Assembly: GCA_030765485.1 (NCBI GenBank)
Contig: JAVCCR010000031.1
Span: 17,359-81,358 of the forward strand
Source of the DNA: Candidatus Gygaella obscura
GTDB lineage: Bacteria > Omnitrophota > Gorgyraeia > Gygaellales > Gygaellaceae
DNA length: 64,000 nucleotides
Direction: 5' to 3'
Part shown: piece after piece, positions 8,898 through 18,385 of the stretch
Layout of the letters: each line of letters starts with the position of its first letter
How positions within the stretch are numbered: position 1 is the first letter of the stretch
The notes under the pieces: model-generated
What the model was told of the DNA's origin: nothing
What the model saw: the letters and a program-made list of their open reading frames with translations, nothing else
Databases searched by the model: none
Program-made: the position numbers and the translations under genes

Positions 8898-10709
8898 GTG
8901 ATAAAATATTTCGCTATGAAAGACTATTTGAAGTTGTTGAAGTTTGTAAAATCATATTGGTTTTTATTCATAATTGCCGCAGTTTTTATGGGTTTTACTG
9001 CCATCTTTGATGGTGCCTCGATTGGCATGATCGTTCCTTTGGCTGATAATGTTTTAACAGGCAAAAAAATAGTTGTTCCTGTTGAACTACCTCTTTTTTT
9101 GGATAGTTTTATAAATACAGTTAACCAAATGGCGCCTTTGTTGTTGTTAAAGATAATGGCTTTTGTGGTTTTGGCAGTGATTTTTCTAAAAGGTGTGGTA
9201 AGTTTTGTGTACAGTTATCTTATGTCTGATATAGGCCAGAAAGTTATGCGCGATATGCGCGCCATGCTTTATGGAAAGTTTTTGGATTTTTCGCTTGATT
9301 TCTATTCTAGAAAAAAAGCAGGGGAGCTTATTTCTAGGATTACAAATGATGTGCGTGTAGTTGAGAATGCAGTTTCATATGGGTTTACAGATCTTATCTA
9401 TCAATCTTTTCAGATAGTTGTTTTTACCTGCGTGGTTTTATTTATCAATTGGAAGCTGTCACTTTTTATTTTTGTAGCTTTGCCTTTATTGGTTATTCCG
9501 ATTGTAAAGGTGGGGAAAAAATTACGTAAGCTTTCTAAGGTTTCACAGGAAAAGATGGCTGATATAAATTCTTCTATAAATGAAACTATTTTTGGTATTA
9601 GAATCGTTAAGGCTTTTTGTGCCGAGCAGTATGAAAAAAACAAGTTCAATATGTTTAATATCAGTTATTATAAGGTGATGATGAAATCTATCAAAAGAAC
9701 GCTTATTTTATCTCCGGCAACGGAATTCGTCGGTGCAGCTGCAGGGATATTTGTGTTTTTCTTTGGTGGCAAAGAGGTAATTGAAGGAAGAATGTCTTTT
9801 GGGGTCTTTGGTCTATTTTTAGGTTCGTTATTATCAATGATTAGACCTTTTAAGAAATTAGGTCAGGTTAATTCTTTAATCCAACAGGCAGTTGCAGCCA
9901 GCGTGAGAATCTATGAGATAATCGATGAGCCGCCTTCTATTGTTGATACCGAAAATGCGGTAAAGTTAGAGGCTTTTAATGAAAAAATAGTTTTTGATAA
10001 TGTAAGATTTAGTTATGAGGTTCAGGAAGTTTTAAAAGGAATTAATTTGACGGTCAATAAAAACGAATTTATTGCAATAGTTGGTCCTAGCGGAGCAGGT
10101 AAAAGTACGCTTTTAGATTTGATTCCCAGGTTTTACGATCCGACAGGTGGAGGGATTACAATTGACGGTAGGGATGTAAGAGGATATAGCATCTTTTCTT
10201 TACGTAGACAGATCGGCATAGTTTCACAGGAGACAATTCTTTTTAATGATTCGGTAAAAGCAAATATTGCTTATGGTGTTAGCAATTATTCATCAGATGA
10301 TATAATGTCTGCTGCTAAAAAGGCTAATGCGCACGAGTTTATCATGAATCTGTCCAATGGATACGATACGGTTATCGGAGATAGAGGTTTTAAGCTTTCG
10401 GGTGGAGAAAAACAGCGTTTGGCTATAGCGCGGGCTATGCTAAAAAACCCGCAGATACTCATTTTAGATGAAGCAACAAGCCAGTTGGATACACAGTCAG
10501 AGCGGCTTGTTCAAGATGCATTGGATAGATTAATGGAGTCAAGGACTGTATTTGTTATAGCGCATAGACTTTCGACTGTAAAAAATGCCGATAGGATAAT
10601 GGTTATTGATAAAGGAAGCCTTGTTCAGCTTGGAACGCATACAGAATTAGTTAATAAAGAAGGCGTATATAAACATCTTTATGATATGCAGTTTGTTGAA
10701 AAGTCATAA
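8898..10709 (+). CDS. msbA: MsbA-like lipid A/lipid exporter, ABC transporter permease-ATPase fusion
   Basis: 603 aa. Six-TM N-terminal domain plus NBD with Walker A 'GPSGAGKST', signature 'LSGGEKQRLAIARAML', Walker B 'ILILDEATS'. The ORF-track start is GTG at 8898. ATG at 8916 ('MKDYLKLLKF...') is an alternative start. A ttgata/taaaat promoter-like pair sits immediately upstream. Confidence 0.85.
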   Translation: MIKYFAMKDYLKLLKFVKSYWFLFIIAAVFMGFTAIFDGASIGMIVPLADNVLTGKKIVVPVELPLFLDSFINTVNQMAPLLLLKIMAFVVLAVIFLKGVVSFVYSYLMSDIGQKVMRDMRAMLYGKFLDFSLDFYSRKKAGELISRITNDVRVVENAVSYGFTDLIYQSFQIVVFTCVVLFINWKLSLFIFVALPLLVIPIVKVGKKLRKLSKVSQEKMADINSSINETIFGIRIVKAFCAEQYEKNKFNMFNISYYKVMMKSIKRTLILSPATEFVGAAAGIFVFFFGGKEVIEGRMSFGVFGLFLGSLLSMIRPFKKLGQVNSLIQQAVAASVRIYEIIDEPPSIVDTENAVKLEAFNEKIVFDNVRFSYEVQEVLKGINLTVNKNEFIAIVGPSGAGKSTLLDLIPRFYDPTGGGITIDGRDVRGYSIFSLRRQIGIVSQETILFNDSVKANIAYGVSNYSSDDIMSAAKKANAHEFIMNLSNGYDTVIGDRGFKLSGGEKQRLAIARAMLKNPQILILDEATSQLDTQSERLVQDALDRLMESRTVFVIAHRLSTVKNADRIMVIDKGSLVQLGTHTELVNKEGVYKHLYDMQFVEKS

Positions 10710-10859
10710 AAACCCAAATAAAATCGGTTTTATTTAGAATTTTTTCCTCATTTTCCACATTTTATTAAATAAAAACTATTTTATAAAAAATCTTGGCTTT
10801 TTTTGGTAATTATGGTATATTGACGTTTCACTTTAAAAAAATGGAGGAAGTTAAATAAA

Positions 10860-11711
10860 ATGGTTAATGAGCTTATTAAGAAGTTACTGGAAGCAGGGGT
10901 TCATTTTGGTCACCAGACAAAGCGATGGAATCCCAAGATGAAGAAGTTCATTTTTGGCGAACGAAGCGGAATCTACATAATTGATTTAGAGAAAACCGCC
11001 GAGTGTGTCGAGAAAGCGAAGTCTTTTTTACAAGATTTAGCTACCAAGGGGGAAAACATTCTTTTTGTCGGTACAAAGAAGCAAGCTCAGCAGATAATCA
11101 AAGAAGAGGCGCAGCGCGCTTCAATGTTCTATGTTCATCATAGATGGCTGGGAGGATTACTGACTAATTTTCAGACAATCAACAAGTCAATCAAAAGATT
11201 CAAGGAAATCCAGAAGATGGAAGAGGATGGCACCTTCGATAATCTTGCTAAAAAGGAAGTTTTGATATTGAAGAAAGAGAAGGAAAAGTTTAGTAAGAAT
11301 TTAAGCGGTATCATTAATATGGAAAAAATCCCCGCAGCTGTTTTTATTATTGATGCCAAAAACGAAGAAACAGCGGTTAAAGAAGCAAAAAAGCTTAATA
11401 TCCCGATTGTTGCTTTAATCGATACTAATTGTAATCCTGATTTGATTGATTATCCTATTCCCGGTAATGATGACGCCATGAAGGCAGTTAAGCTTATTGT
11501 TTCAATGATGGCTGATGCGATTATCGAAGGAAGGAAAGATTTTTTATCGTATCTTTCTCAAGAAGGCGTAAAAAGAGAGGAAGAAGCTGCCTTAAAATCT
11601 GAATCAGGAGAAGAAGTTGAGAATTCTGAAGGAGAGATAGAGAAAGTAGACGGAGAAGAGAAGAAAAAAAGCAAAAAAGTAAGGCAAGTTAAAGAAAAAG
11701 ACGAAAATTAA
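10860..11711 (+). CDS. rpsB: 30S ribosomal protein S2
   Basis: 283 aa. '[37 protein letters not shown]' is canonical S2. Acidic C-terminal tail. Confidence 0.95.
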   Translation: MVNELIKKLLEAGVHFGHQTKRWNPKMKKFIFGERSGIYIIDLEKTAECVEKAKSFLQDLATKGENILFVGTKKQAQQIIKEEAQRASMFYVHHRWLGGLLTNFQTINKSIKRFKEIQKMEEDGTFDNLAKKEVLILKKEKEKFSKNLSGIINMEKIPAAVFIIDAKNEETAVKEAKKLNIPIVALIDTNCNPDLIDYPIPGNDDAMKAVKLIVSMMADAIIEGRKDFLSYLSQEGVKREEEAALKSESGEEVENSEGEIEKVDGEEKKKSKKVRQVKEKDEN

Positions 11712-11745
11712 TAATAAAAAAAGATAAGCAAGGAGTAAAAGTGTT

Positions 11746-12270
11746 ATGGAAGTTTCTTTGGATAAGATCAAACAACTAAGAGAGAAAACACAAGTCAGCA
11801 TAAGCGACTGTAGAAGCGCTTTGATTGATGCTAATGGTGATATTAAAAAGGCGCAAGATATACTGAAAGAGAGAATGAAGGCTATTGCCGCCAAAAAAAC
11901 CGATAGGGTTACTTCCCAGGGAAGGATTGCTTCATATGTTCATTTTGATAGTAAAATCGGCGTTTTGGTAGAAGTAAATAGCGAAACTGATTTTGTTGCT
12001 AGAAATGAAGAATTCTGTAAGTTCTCTCAGGATGTGGCGTTACATATTGCTGCTTCAAACCCTGAGTATGTCAAGAAGGAGGATGTCCCTAAAGAGGCCC
12101 TAGAGGCAGAAGAGGATAAAGACGCCTTTTTAAAAGCCAAATGTTTATTGGAACAGAATTTTGTCAAGGACCCTTCTTTGGTTATTAAAGATTATCTTAT
12201 AAACATAATTGCTAAAACTGGTGAAAATGTTTCTATTAGCAGATTTGTAAGATATCATATTGGAAAGTAA
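11746..12270 (+). CDS. tsf: Elongation factor Ts (short form)
   Basis: 174 aa. 'IKQLREKTQVSISDCRSALIDANGDIKKAQDILKE' UBA-like N-terminus. Conserved rpsB-tsf-pyrH-frr order. Confidence 0.9.
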   Translation: MEVSLDKIKQLREKTQVSISDCRSALIDANGDIKKAQDILKERMKAIAAKKTDRVTSQGRIASYVHFDSKIGVLVEVNSETDFVARNEEFCKFSQDVALHIAASNPEYVKKEDVPKEALEAEEDKDAFLKAKCLLEQNFVKDPSLVIKDYLINIIAKTGENVSISRFVRYHIGK

Positions 12271-12279
12271 ACTTACAAA

Positions 12280-12999
12280 ATGAAAAGACAACCGTTATAT
12301 AAACGGATTGTATTAAAAATAAGCGGAGAAGCGCTTCAGGGTAAGCTAAAGCATGGTATTGATTTTGACTTTTGTGAAAAATTGGCTTTGGAGATAAAAG
12401 AAGTTTCCGCGCTTGGAATTCAGCTTGCCTTAGTTGTCGGCGGAGGTAATATTTTCCGTGGAGCAGAAAATACAAAGCGTTTAGGGATGGATCGTTCTGT
12501 AGCTGACTATATGGGTATGATGGCTACGGTTATAAACGGTATGGCCTTACAGGATATTTTAGAAAAATCAGGTGTCCCTACACGCGTTCAGACTTCTATT
12601 CAGATGCATGAAATTGCCGAACCCTACATAAGACGTAAAGCCATAAGACATCTGGAGAAAAAAAGAGTTGTTATTTTTGTTGCCGGTACGGGAAATCCTT
12701 ATTTTACAACTGACACAGCAGCAGCTCTTAAGGCAATGGAGATAAACGCGGATATTATATTAAAGGCAACAAAAGTTGATGGTGTATATTCAGCTGATCC
12801 GTTTAAGGTGAAGAAAGCAAAAAGATTTAAGACGCTTAAATATATTGATGTTTTAAAAAAAGGTCTCAAGGTAATGGATGCGACTGCTATAAGCTTATGT
12901 ATGGATAATAAGTTGCCGATTTTGGTTTTTGATCTTAATAAACCTGGCAATATTAAAAAAGCATTGTTTTCAAGTGAAATTGGAACCATGGTTAGATAA
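12280..12999 (+). CDS. pyrH: UMP kinase
   Basis: 239 aa. '[11 protein letters not shown]', '[10 protein letters not shown]', '[17 protein letters not shown]' motifs. Confidence 0.95.
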   Translation: MKRQPLYKRIVLKISGEALQGKLKHGIDFDFCEKLALEIKEVSALGIQLALVVGGGNIFRGAENTKRLGMDRSVADYMGMMATVINGMALQDILEKSGVPTRVQTSIQMHEIAEPYIRRKAIRHLEKKRVVIFVAGTGNPYFTTDTAAALKAMEINADIILKATKVDGVYSADPFKVKKAKRFKTLKYIDVLKKGLKVMDATAISLCMDNKLPILVFDLNKPGNIKKALFSSEIGTMVR

Positions 13000-13018
13000 A
13001 AACAAAAAAGGTGATATT

Positions 13019-13579
13019 ATGAGCGTTAAAGAAGTTATTAAAAAAACCGAAGATAATATGAAGAAGGCTATTGTATCTTGTGCGAGAGAGTTTAATACGG
13101 TCCGCACCGGAAGAGCTTCGCCTTCTTTGGTGGAAGGTTTACATATTGATTATTATGGGACCCCGACTCTTTTAAAACAGCTGGCGAATATTTCTGTTCC
13201 TGATGCCCGTTTGATTGTTATCCAGCCATGGGATCTTTCGGCTATTGCTGAGATTGAAAAAGCAATTTTTTCATCCAATTTAGGGATTACTCCTTCTAAC
13301 GATGGTAAGGTTGTCAGGTTGGCAGTACCTCCTTTATCTGATGAAAGAAGAGAGGAGCTTGTAAAGGTTATAAAGCAGATGGTTGAAGAAACTCGAGTTT
13401 CAGTTCGTACCATAAGAAGAGATGCTAATGAGTCGGTAAAAAAACTTGAGTCTGAAAAGGTTATTTCTGAAGATGAAAAGTTTAAATCTCAGGATCAGAT
13501 TCAGAAGCTTACTAATAACTATATTGCGGAAGCAGATAAGCTTTTAGAAAATAAAGAAAAAGAGTTGAAGCAGTTTTAG
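13019..13579 (+). CDS. frr: Ribosome recycling factor
   Basis: Re-called start at ATG 13019 (M31 of the track ORF 12929..13579). This gives a 186 aa protein 'MSVKEVIKKTEDNMKKAI...' with RRF-typical 'RTGRASPSLVEGL' and 'LAVPPLSDERREELVKVIKQ'. The upstream extension overlaps the pyrH 3' end. Confidence 0.9.
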   Translation: MSVKEVIKKTEDNMKKAIVSCAREFNTVRTGRASPSLVEGLHIDYYGTPTLLKQLANISVPDARLIVIQPWDLSAIAEIEKAIFSSNLGITPSNDGKVVRLAVPPLSDERREELVKVIKQMVEETRVSVRTIRRDANESVKKLESEKVISEDEKFKSQDQIQKLTNNYIAEADKLLENKEKELKQF

Positions 13580-13581
13580 AT

Positions 13582-13654
13582 TAATATATTTGGGCCACTA
13601 GCTCATCTGGTAGAGCACCACCCTTTTAAGGTGGCTGTGCCGCGTTCGAGTCGC
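13582..13654 (+). tRNA. tRNA-Lys (anticodon TTT)
   Basis: Cloverleaf read by eye. Acceptor gggccac/gtggctc, anticodon stem ccacc/ggtgg with loop cTTTTaa, T-loop ttcgagt. Confidence 0.85.
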
Positions 13655-13681
13655 GGGTGGCTCATTAAATTTCTGCCTATA

Positions 13682-13773
13682 GGGCGGATGGCGGAATTGG
13701 CATACGCGGTAGCCTTAGGAGCTATTGGGGTAACCCATGGAGGTTCAAATCCTCTTCCGCCCATATGTGTTAA
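13682..13773 (+). tRNA. tRNA-Leu (anticodon TAG), type II with long variable arm
   Basis: gggcgga...ggcggaattgg D-loop typical of Leu. Anticodon loop cTTAGga. Variable arm tggggtaacccatgg. T-loop ggttcaaatcc. 3' tccgccc-a. Confidence 0.8.
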
Positions 13774-13792
13774 GAAAAATGCGTATGTTTGT

Positions 13793-13865
13793 GCGGGAGT
13801 AGCTCAGTTGGTAGAGCACTACCTTGCCAAGGTAGTTGTCGCGGGTTCGATGCCCGTCTCCCGCT
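13793..13865 (+). tRNA. tRNA-Gly (anticodon GCC)
   Basis: gcgggag acceptor, D-arm gctcagttggtagagc, anticodon stem ctacc/ggtag with loop ttGCCaa, T-loop ttcgatg. Confidence 0.85.
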
Positions 13866-13904
13866 TTAAATTATTAAAATCATTAATAAACAAAAGGGGA
13901 ACAG

Positions 13905-14375
13905 ATGAAGATTACCGATTTTCTTTCCAAAAAAGCAATTTCTGCAGAACTTAAAAGCACAAAAAAGGAAGATGTTATAAAAGAGATGGTTGATTTATTG
14001 ATTTCCGCAGGTGAAATCGAGAAAAAACACCGCAATAAATTAACGGAACTTCTAATGGCTAGAGAGGCCTTAGGTTCAACTGCTATCGGTCAAGGTGTTG
14101 CAATACCTCATGCTAAAATCGATTGCGTTAAACATTTGGTTGCAGCATTCGGCTTATCGAAAAAAGGAGTTAATTTTGATTCTTTAGATGGAGAGCCGGC
14201 ATATATATTCTTTTTATTGGTTGCTCCTCAGGATTCAGCAGGCCCACATCTGAAGGCATTAGCAAGGATATCCAGATTGTTAAAAGATAAATATTTTCGT
14301 GATAGTCTTAAGCAGGCCAAGGATATTGCTTTTATACTAAAAATTATTAATCAGGAAGATGACAAGAAGACTTAA
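13905..14375 (+). CDS. ptsN: PTS EIIA type-2 (nitrogen-regulatory IIA-Ntr-like)
   Basis: 156 aa. 'ALGSTAIGQGVAIPHAK' active-site His region of the fructose/mannitol/Ntr EIIA family. No EIIB/EIIC nearby. Confidence 0.75.
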   Translation: MKITDFLSKKAISAELKSTKKEDVIKEMVDLLISAGEIEKKHRNKLTELLMAREALGSTAIGQGVAIPHAKIDCVKHLVAAFGLSKKGVNFDSLDGEPAYIFFLLVAPQDSAGPHLKALARISRLLKDKYFRDSLKQAKDIAFILKIINQEDDKKT

Positions 14376-15600
14376 AATACTTTTTTTCTTTAGATGGCTT
14401 CAGCCTGGTCTAAGGATTAAACGCTGGGTTGCGCTTAGTCTTTGGGGAGTTTTTCTTATTTTGGTAGGCTCCAATAGATTGGGAATAGAGAAGCTGGTTT
14501 TTTTAAAAGCTTTGGAGTATTTTGTTATAGTTTTAGGCGTTGGTTTTTTATTCGTCGGTGTGATTGAACTTATATTATCAATTCTGTCATTATTTTTTCC
14601 GACAAAGAATAAGTCAGTTCGTAAAGTTGTAAAAATACGGCTTCTTGAGAAAGGACCCAAGATTGTTGCTATCGGGGGCGGAACAGGACTTGCTGTTCTT
14701 TTACAGGGAATAAAAGAGTATACTTCAAATATAAAAGCTGTAGTTACGGTTGCTGATGATGGTGGTTCTTCGGGTCGTTTAAGAGAGCAATTTGATATTT
14801 TGCCCCCGGGAGATATTAGGAACTGTCTTGTGGCTTTAGCTGATACAGAGCAGCTTATGCGTGACTTATTTCAGTTTAGGTTTAAAGGAGATTCAGAGCT
14901 TTCCGGCCATAGTTTCGGCAATTTGTTCATTACGGCTATGACACAGCTTACCGGTGATTTTGAAAAAGCGATAAAAGAATCTAGTAAGGTTTTAGCAATC
15001 AGGGGTCAGGTTGTTCCATCAACGCTTTATAAGGTAAATTTAGGGGCTGAGTATAATGATGGTTCTGTTGTTATCGGGGAAGCGGATATTCCTAAAAAGA
15101 AGCTTCCGATTAAAAGAGTATTTTTAAAATCTCAGCAGGATAGGCCTTTGGTTGCGACAGCTGAGGTTATTAAGTCGATCAATGAAGCAGATGCGATTAT
15201 TTTAGGTCCAGGCAGTTTATATACCAGTATTATTCCCAATCTTTTAATTACTGATATTGCTGATGCGATTGCTGCTTCAAATGCCAAAAAGTTTTATATC
15301 TGTAATGCCATGACTCAGGTTGGCGAGACAACGCAGTTTTCAGCATCAGACCATATCAGCACGCTTATCGCACACAGCAACAGACATATTTTAGATTACT
15401 GTGTTGTTAATAATAAAGTCATTCCTGAAGAGCTGTTGGATAGATATAAAAATGAAGGTTCTCAGCCGGTTGTTATCGATAGAGAAAAGGTTAGAACTAT
15501 GGGGTATAGGTTATTAGAGCAGGATCTGATTGCTGTTGATGGTTATGTAAGGCATGATTTTAGAAAATTAGCTAGGCTTTTGGTAAAATTAATAAAATAA
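14359..15600 (+). CDS. YvcK/CofD-family gluconeogenesis factor (UPF0052) with N-terminal membrane extension
   Basis: 413 aa. 'KIVAIGGGTGLAVLLQGIKEYT', 'VTVADDGGSSGRLRE', 'PPGDIRNCLVALAD' are YvcK/CofD signatures. The first ~85 aa are hydrophobic, so the true start may lie further in. 17-nt overlap with ptsN. Confidence 0.8.
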   Translation: MTRRLKILFFFRWLQPGLRIKRWVALSLWGVFLILVGSNRLGIEKLVFLKALEYFVIVLGVGFLFVGVIELILSILSLFFPTKNKSVRKVVKIRLLEKGPKIVAIGGGTGLAVLLQGIKEYTSNIKAVVTVADDGGSSGRLREQFDILPPGDIRNCLVALADTEQLMRDLFQFRFKGDSELSGHSFGNLFITAMTQLTGDFEKAIKESSKVLAIRGQVVPSTLYKVNLGAEYNDGSVVIGEADIPKKKLPIKRVFLKSQQDRPLVATAEVIKSINEADAIILGPGSLYTSIIPNLLITDIADAIAASNAKKFYICNAMTQVGETTQFSASDHISTLIAHSNRHILDYCVVNNKVIPEELLDRYKNEGSQPVVIDREKVRTMGYRLLEQDLIAVDGYVRHDFRKLARLLVKLIK

Positions 15601-15605
15601 ATTTA

Positions 15606-15869
15606 ATGTCAAAAATAAAAAAAGAGCTTATTGTAAAAAATAAACAAGGCCTACATGCAAGGCCAGCTGCACTATTCGTGCAGATTGCTAATAAGTATGA
15701 TGCGGAAATATCAGTAAAAAAAGAAGATGAAGAAGTTAATGGTAAATCGATCATGGGTATACTTTTATTGGGCGCGGAAAAAGATAGCAGAATAATGATT
15801 ATTGCTGATGGTGCCGATGCGAATGAGGCAATTGCAGAATTAGAAACCTTGATAAACAAAGAAGAATAA
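15606..15869 (+). CDS. ptsH: Phosphocarrier protein HPr (or NPr)
   Basis: 87 aa. 'NKQGLHARPAALFV' with the His15 phosphorylation site. 'GKSIMGILLLGA' Ser46 region. Confidence 0.85.
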   Translation: MSKIKKELIVKNKQGLHARPAALFVQIANKYDAEISVKKEDEEVNGKSIMGILLLGAEKDSRIMIIADGADANEAIAELETLINKEE

Positions 15870-15873
15870 TTAT

Positions 15874-17613
15874 ATGGAAAAATTAAAAGGAATATCAGCA
15901 GCCCCGGGAATTGGTATTGGTTCTGCTCATTTGGCAGGTAAGGAAGAGTTTAATGTTGTTCCTTATAAAGTCAGATTGCAGGATGTTCCTGTTCAGATTC
16001 AGCTATTCGAAGATGCTCTTATTAAGACAAGAAAAGAAATAATTGAATTACAGGATAAGATATCCAAGGATTTAGGCAGAGAAGAGGCTGAGATTTTTGA
16101 TGCGCACCTGCTTGTTTTAGAAGATAGGATTTTAATAGAGGAAGTAATCTTACAATTAAAGAAAGAGCATCTTAACGTAGCCTATGTATTTCAAGAGGTA
16201 ATCAAAAAATATATCAGAGTATTCTCGCGAATTGAAGACGAATATTTGAAGGAAAGGATATCTGATATAAATGATGTTGGTAGACGCGTTATCAAAAATC
16301 TTTTGGGAGAGAAGGGTTTTTCTCTGCAGAATAAAAAAGAGCAATTTATAGTTGTTGCGCATGATCTTTCTCCTTCCGATACAGCAACAATGCATAATAG
16401 TAGGATTTTAGGTTTTATTACTGATATCGGTAGCAAAACCTCTCATACGGCAATAATGGCTAAGTCTTTGGAGATTCCATCTGTGGTTGGACTTGAAGTA
16501 GCGACAACAAAGATTAAAAATGATGACCAGCTAATTGTTGATGGCTTTTCAGGCTTAGTTATAATTAATCCCGATAAAGCAACCTTGAAGGCCTATAGAA
16601 AGAAGGAAGAGGAGTTTAAAAGAATAAACAAGAAGTTTATTTCTTTGAAGTCTTTGCCTGCAAAGACAACAGATGGTAAAAGGGTAAGAGTTGTGGCTAA
16701 TATTGAGTTTCCTGAAGATATTCCTTCTTTGGTTCAGCATGGGGCAGAAGGTATCGGACTTTATAGAACTGAATATTTTTATATGAATAGAACCACGCTT
16801 CCTACTGAAAATGAACAGTTTGAAGCTTATAAGTTTGTAGCACAAGCTGTAAGTCCGTATTCGATTGTTATAAGGACTTTGGATTTAGGAGGAGATAAAT
16901 TCTTGTCTCAGCTGGCAGTGCCTAGAGAGATGTCTGCATTTTTAGGTTGGCGTGCAATACGTTTTTGTCTTGCTCAACCAGATATGTTTAAGGCACAATT
17001 AAGGGCGATACTGCGCGCTTCTAAGTTTGGAAAACTTAAACTTATGTATCCGATGATTTCTGGAGTAGATGAATTAAGGCAGGCAAATAAAATGCTTTCT
17101 GAGTGTAAGATAGAGCTGAAGAAAAAACATATTGAATTCGATGAAGAATTAGAAGTGGGAGTGATGATTGAAGTTCCTGCAGCTGCGATGACAGCAGATA
17201 TATTGGCTAAGGAGGCAGATTTTTTCAGTATTGGAACTAATGATTTAATTCAGTATTCTTTAGCAGTAGATAGAACCAATGAAAAAGTTGCCTATCTTTA
17301 TGAACCTGCTCATCCGGCAGTGTTGAGGATGGTCAAAAAAGTTATTGATGATGGTCATAATGCTGGAATATGGGTTGGTATGTGTGGTGAAATGGCAGGA
17401 GATCCGTATTTTTCGCTTTTACTTTTAGGACTTGGTTTGGATGAGTTCAGTATGCCTCCTGCAGTAGTACCGCAGATAAAACAGGTTGTAAGAAGTTTTA
17501 GTTTTTCCGATGCCCAAGATATTGCTAGAAAGGCGATGGAACATTCTACGGCAAAAGAGGTAGAAGAATTTACCAAGAAGTTTTTTAACAAAACAGAATT
17601 TAAAATATTTTAA
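15874..17613 (+). CDS. ptsI: Phosphoenolpyruvate-protein phosphotransferase (Enzyme I)
   Basis: 579 aa. 'GSKTSHTAIMAKSLEIPSVVG' phospho-His domain. PEP-utilising C-terminal TIM barrel 'GIGLYRTEYFYM', 'FFSIGTNDLIQY'. Confidence 0.9.
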   Translation: MEKLKGISAAPGIGIGSAHLAGKEEFNVVPYKVRLQDVPVQIQLFEDALIKTRKEIIELQDKISKDLGREEAEIFDAHLLVLEDRILIEEVILQLKKEHLNVAYVFQEVIKKYIRVFSRIEDEYLKERISDINDVGRRVIKNLLGEKGFSLQNKKEQFIVVAHDLSPSDTATMHNSRILGFITDIGSKTSHTAIMAKSLEIPSVVGLEVATTKIKNDDQLIVDGFSGLVIINPDKATLKAYRKKEEEFKRINKKFISLKSLPAKTTDGKRVRVVANIEFPEDIPSLVQHGAEGIGLYRTEYFYMNRTTLPTENEQFEAYKFVAQAVSPYSIVIRTLDLGGDKFLSQLAVPREMSAFLGWRAIRFCLAQPDMFKAQLRAILRASKFGKLKLMYPMISGVDELRQANKMLSECKIELKKKHIEFDEELEVGVMIEVPAAAMTADILAKEADFFSIGTNDLIQYSLAVDRTNEKVAYLYEPAHPAVLRMVKKVIDDGHNAGIWVGMCGEMAGDPYFSLLLLGLGLDEFSMPPAVVPQIKQVVRSFSFSDAQDIARKAMEHSTAKEVEEFTKKFFNKTEFKIF

Positions 17614-18369
17614 ATGAAGGCCTTATTACTTGCTGCTGGTTACGGAACAAGGCTTTATCCTTTGACGGAGAAAATCCCTAAACCTCTTCTGCCAATTGCC
17701 GGTAGACCTATTATTGATTATCTAATTACTCAAATTCAAAAAGCCGATCATATCAAAGAGGTATTTGTTGTATCTAATGATAAGTTCTTTGATGATTTTA
17801 AAGTATGGCAGCATAGCGCTAGAAAAAAACACGGGGATTTAAAGATCACTGTTATTAATGACGGTACAAAGTCGCCCGTAGAGCGTTTGGGCGCTATTGC
17901 TGATGTGCAGTTTGCTATAGCTAAGAAAAAAATTAAGGATAATCTTTTGATAGTTGGCGGAGATAATATTTTTGATTATAATTTAAAAAAGTTTATTTTA
18001 AAAGCAAAACAAAAAAGATCTATTAGTCTTGGTGTGCACGATGTCAAAGAAAAAAGAATTGCTACCCACTATGGGGTAGTAAGCTTTAACGGTAAAAAAA
18101 TCCTTAAAGAGTTTCAGGAAAAACCAAATCGGCCCAAGACTACCTTGGCAGCGATGTGCCTTTATTATTTCCCTAAAGAAAAACTAAAAGACATCGCTTT
18201 ATATCTTAATCAGCCTCATGACCGCAAAGATGCAATTGGAGATTATTTTAATTGGCTGCATAGAATTGAAGATGTTTACGTGCATGAGTTTAAGGGAAAG
18301 TGGTTTGATATTGGTAATCACGATTCATACAGAAGGGCAGAAACGTATTTTAATGCAAAATATAAATAG
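17614..18369 (+). CDS. Sugar-phosphate nucleotidyltransferase (NTP_transferase family)
   Basis: 251 aa. 'MKALLLAAGYGTRLYPLTEKIPKPLLPIAGRPIIDY' is the G-x-G-T-R-L NDP-sugar pyrophosphorylase signature. Specificity unknown. Confidence 0.7.
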   Translation: MKALLLAAGYGTRLYPLTEKIPKPLLPIAGRPIIDYLITQIQKADHIKEVFVVSNDKFFDDFKVWQHSARKKHGDLKITVINDGTKSPVERLGAIADVQFAIAKKKIKDNLLIVGGDNIFDYNLKKFILKAKQKRSISLGVHDVKEKRIATHYGVVSFNGKKILKEFQEKPNRPKTTLAAMCLYYFPKEKLKDIALYLNQPHDRKDAIGDYFNWLHRIEDVYVHEFKGKWFDIGNHDSYRRAETYFNAKYK

Positions 18370-18385
18370 TTAAAAAGGAGAAAAC

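Noticed and set aside
10710-10859. Possible rpsB leader regulatory element / promoter (ttgacg ... taaaaa) and weak msbA terminator hairpin (aaaacc..ggtttt)
   Set aside because: Spacing between candidate -35/-10 hexamers does not fit 16-18 nt, and the hairpin is AU-only and short. Not confident enough to list as features.
13631-13954. 107-aa ORF in the ORF track
   Set aside because: It lies entirely over the tRNA-Leu and tRNA-Gly genes. Its 'protein' is tRNA sequence read in frame. No SD. Spurious.
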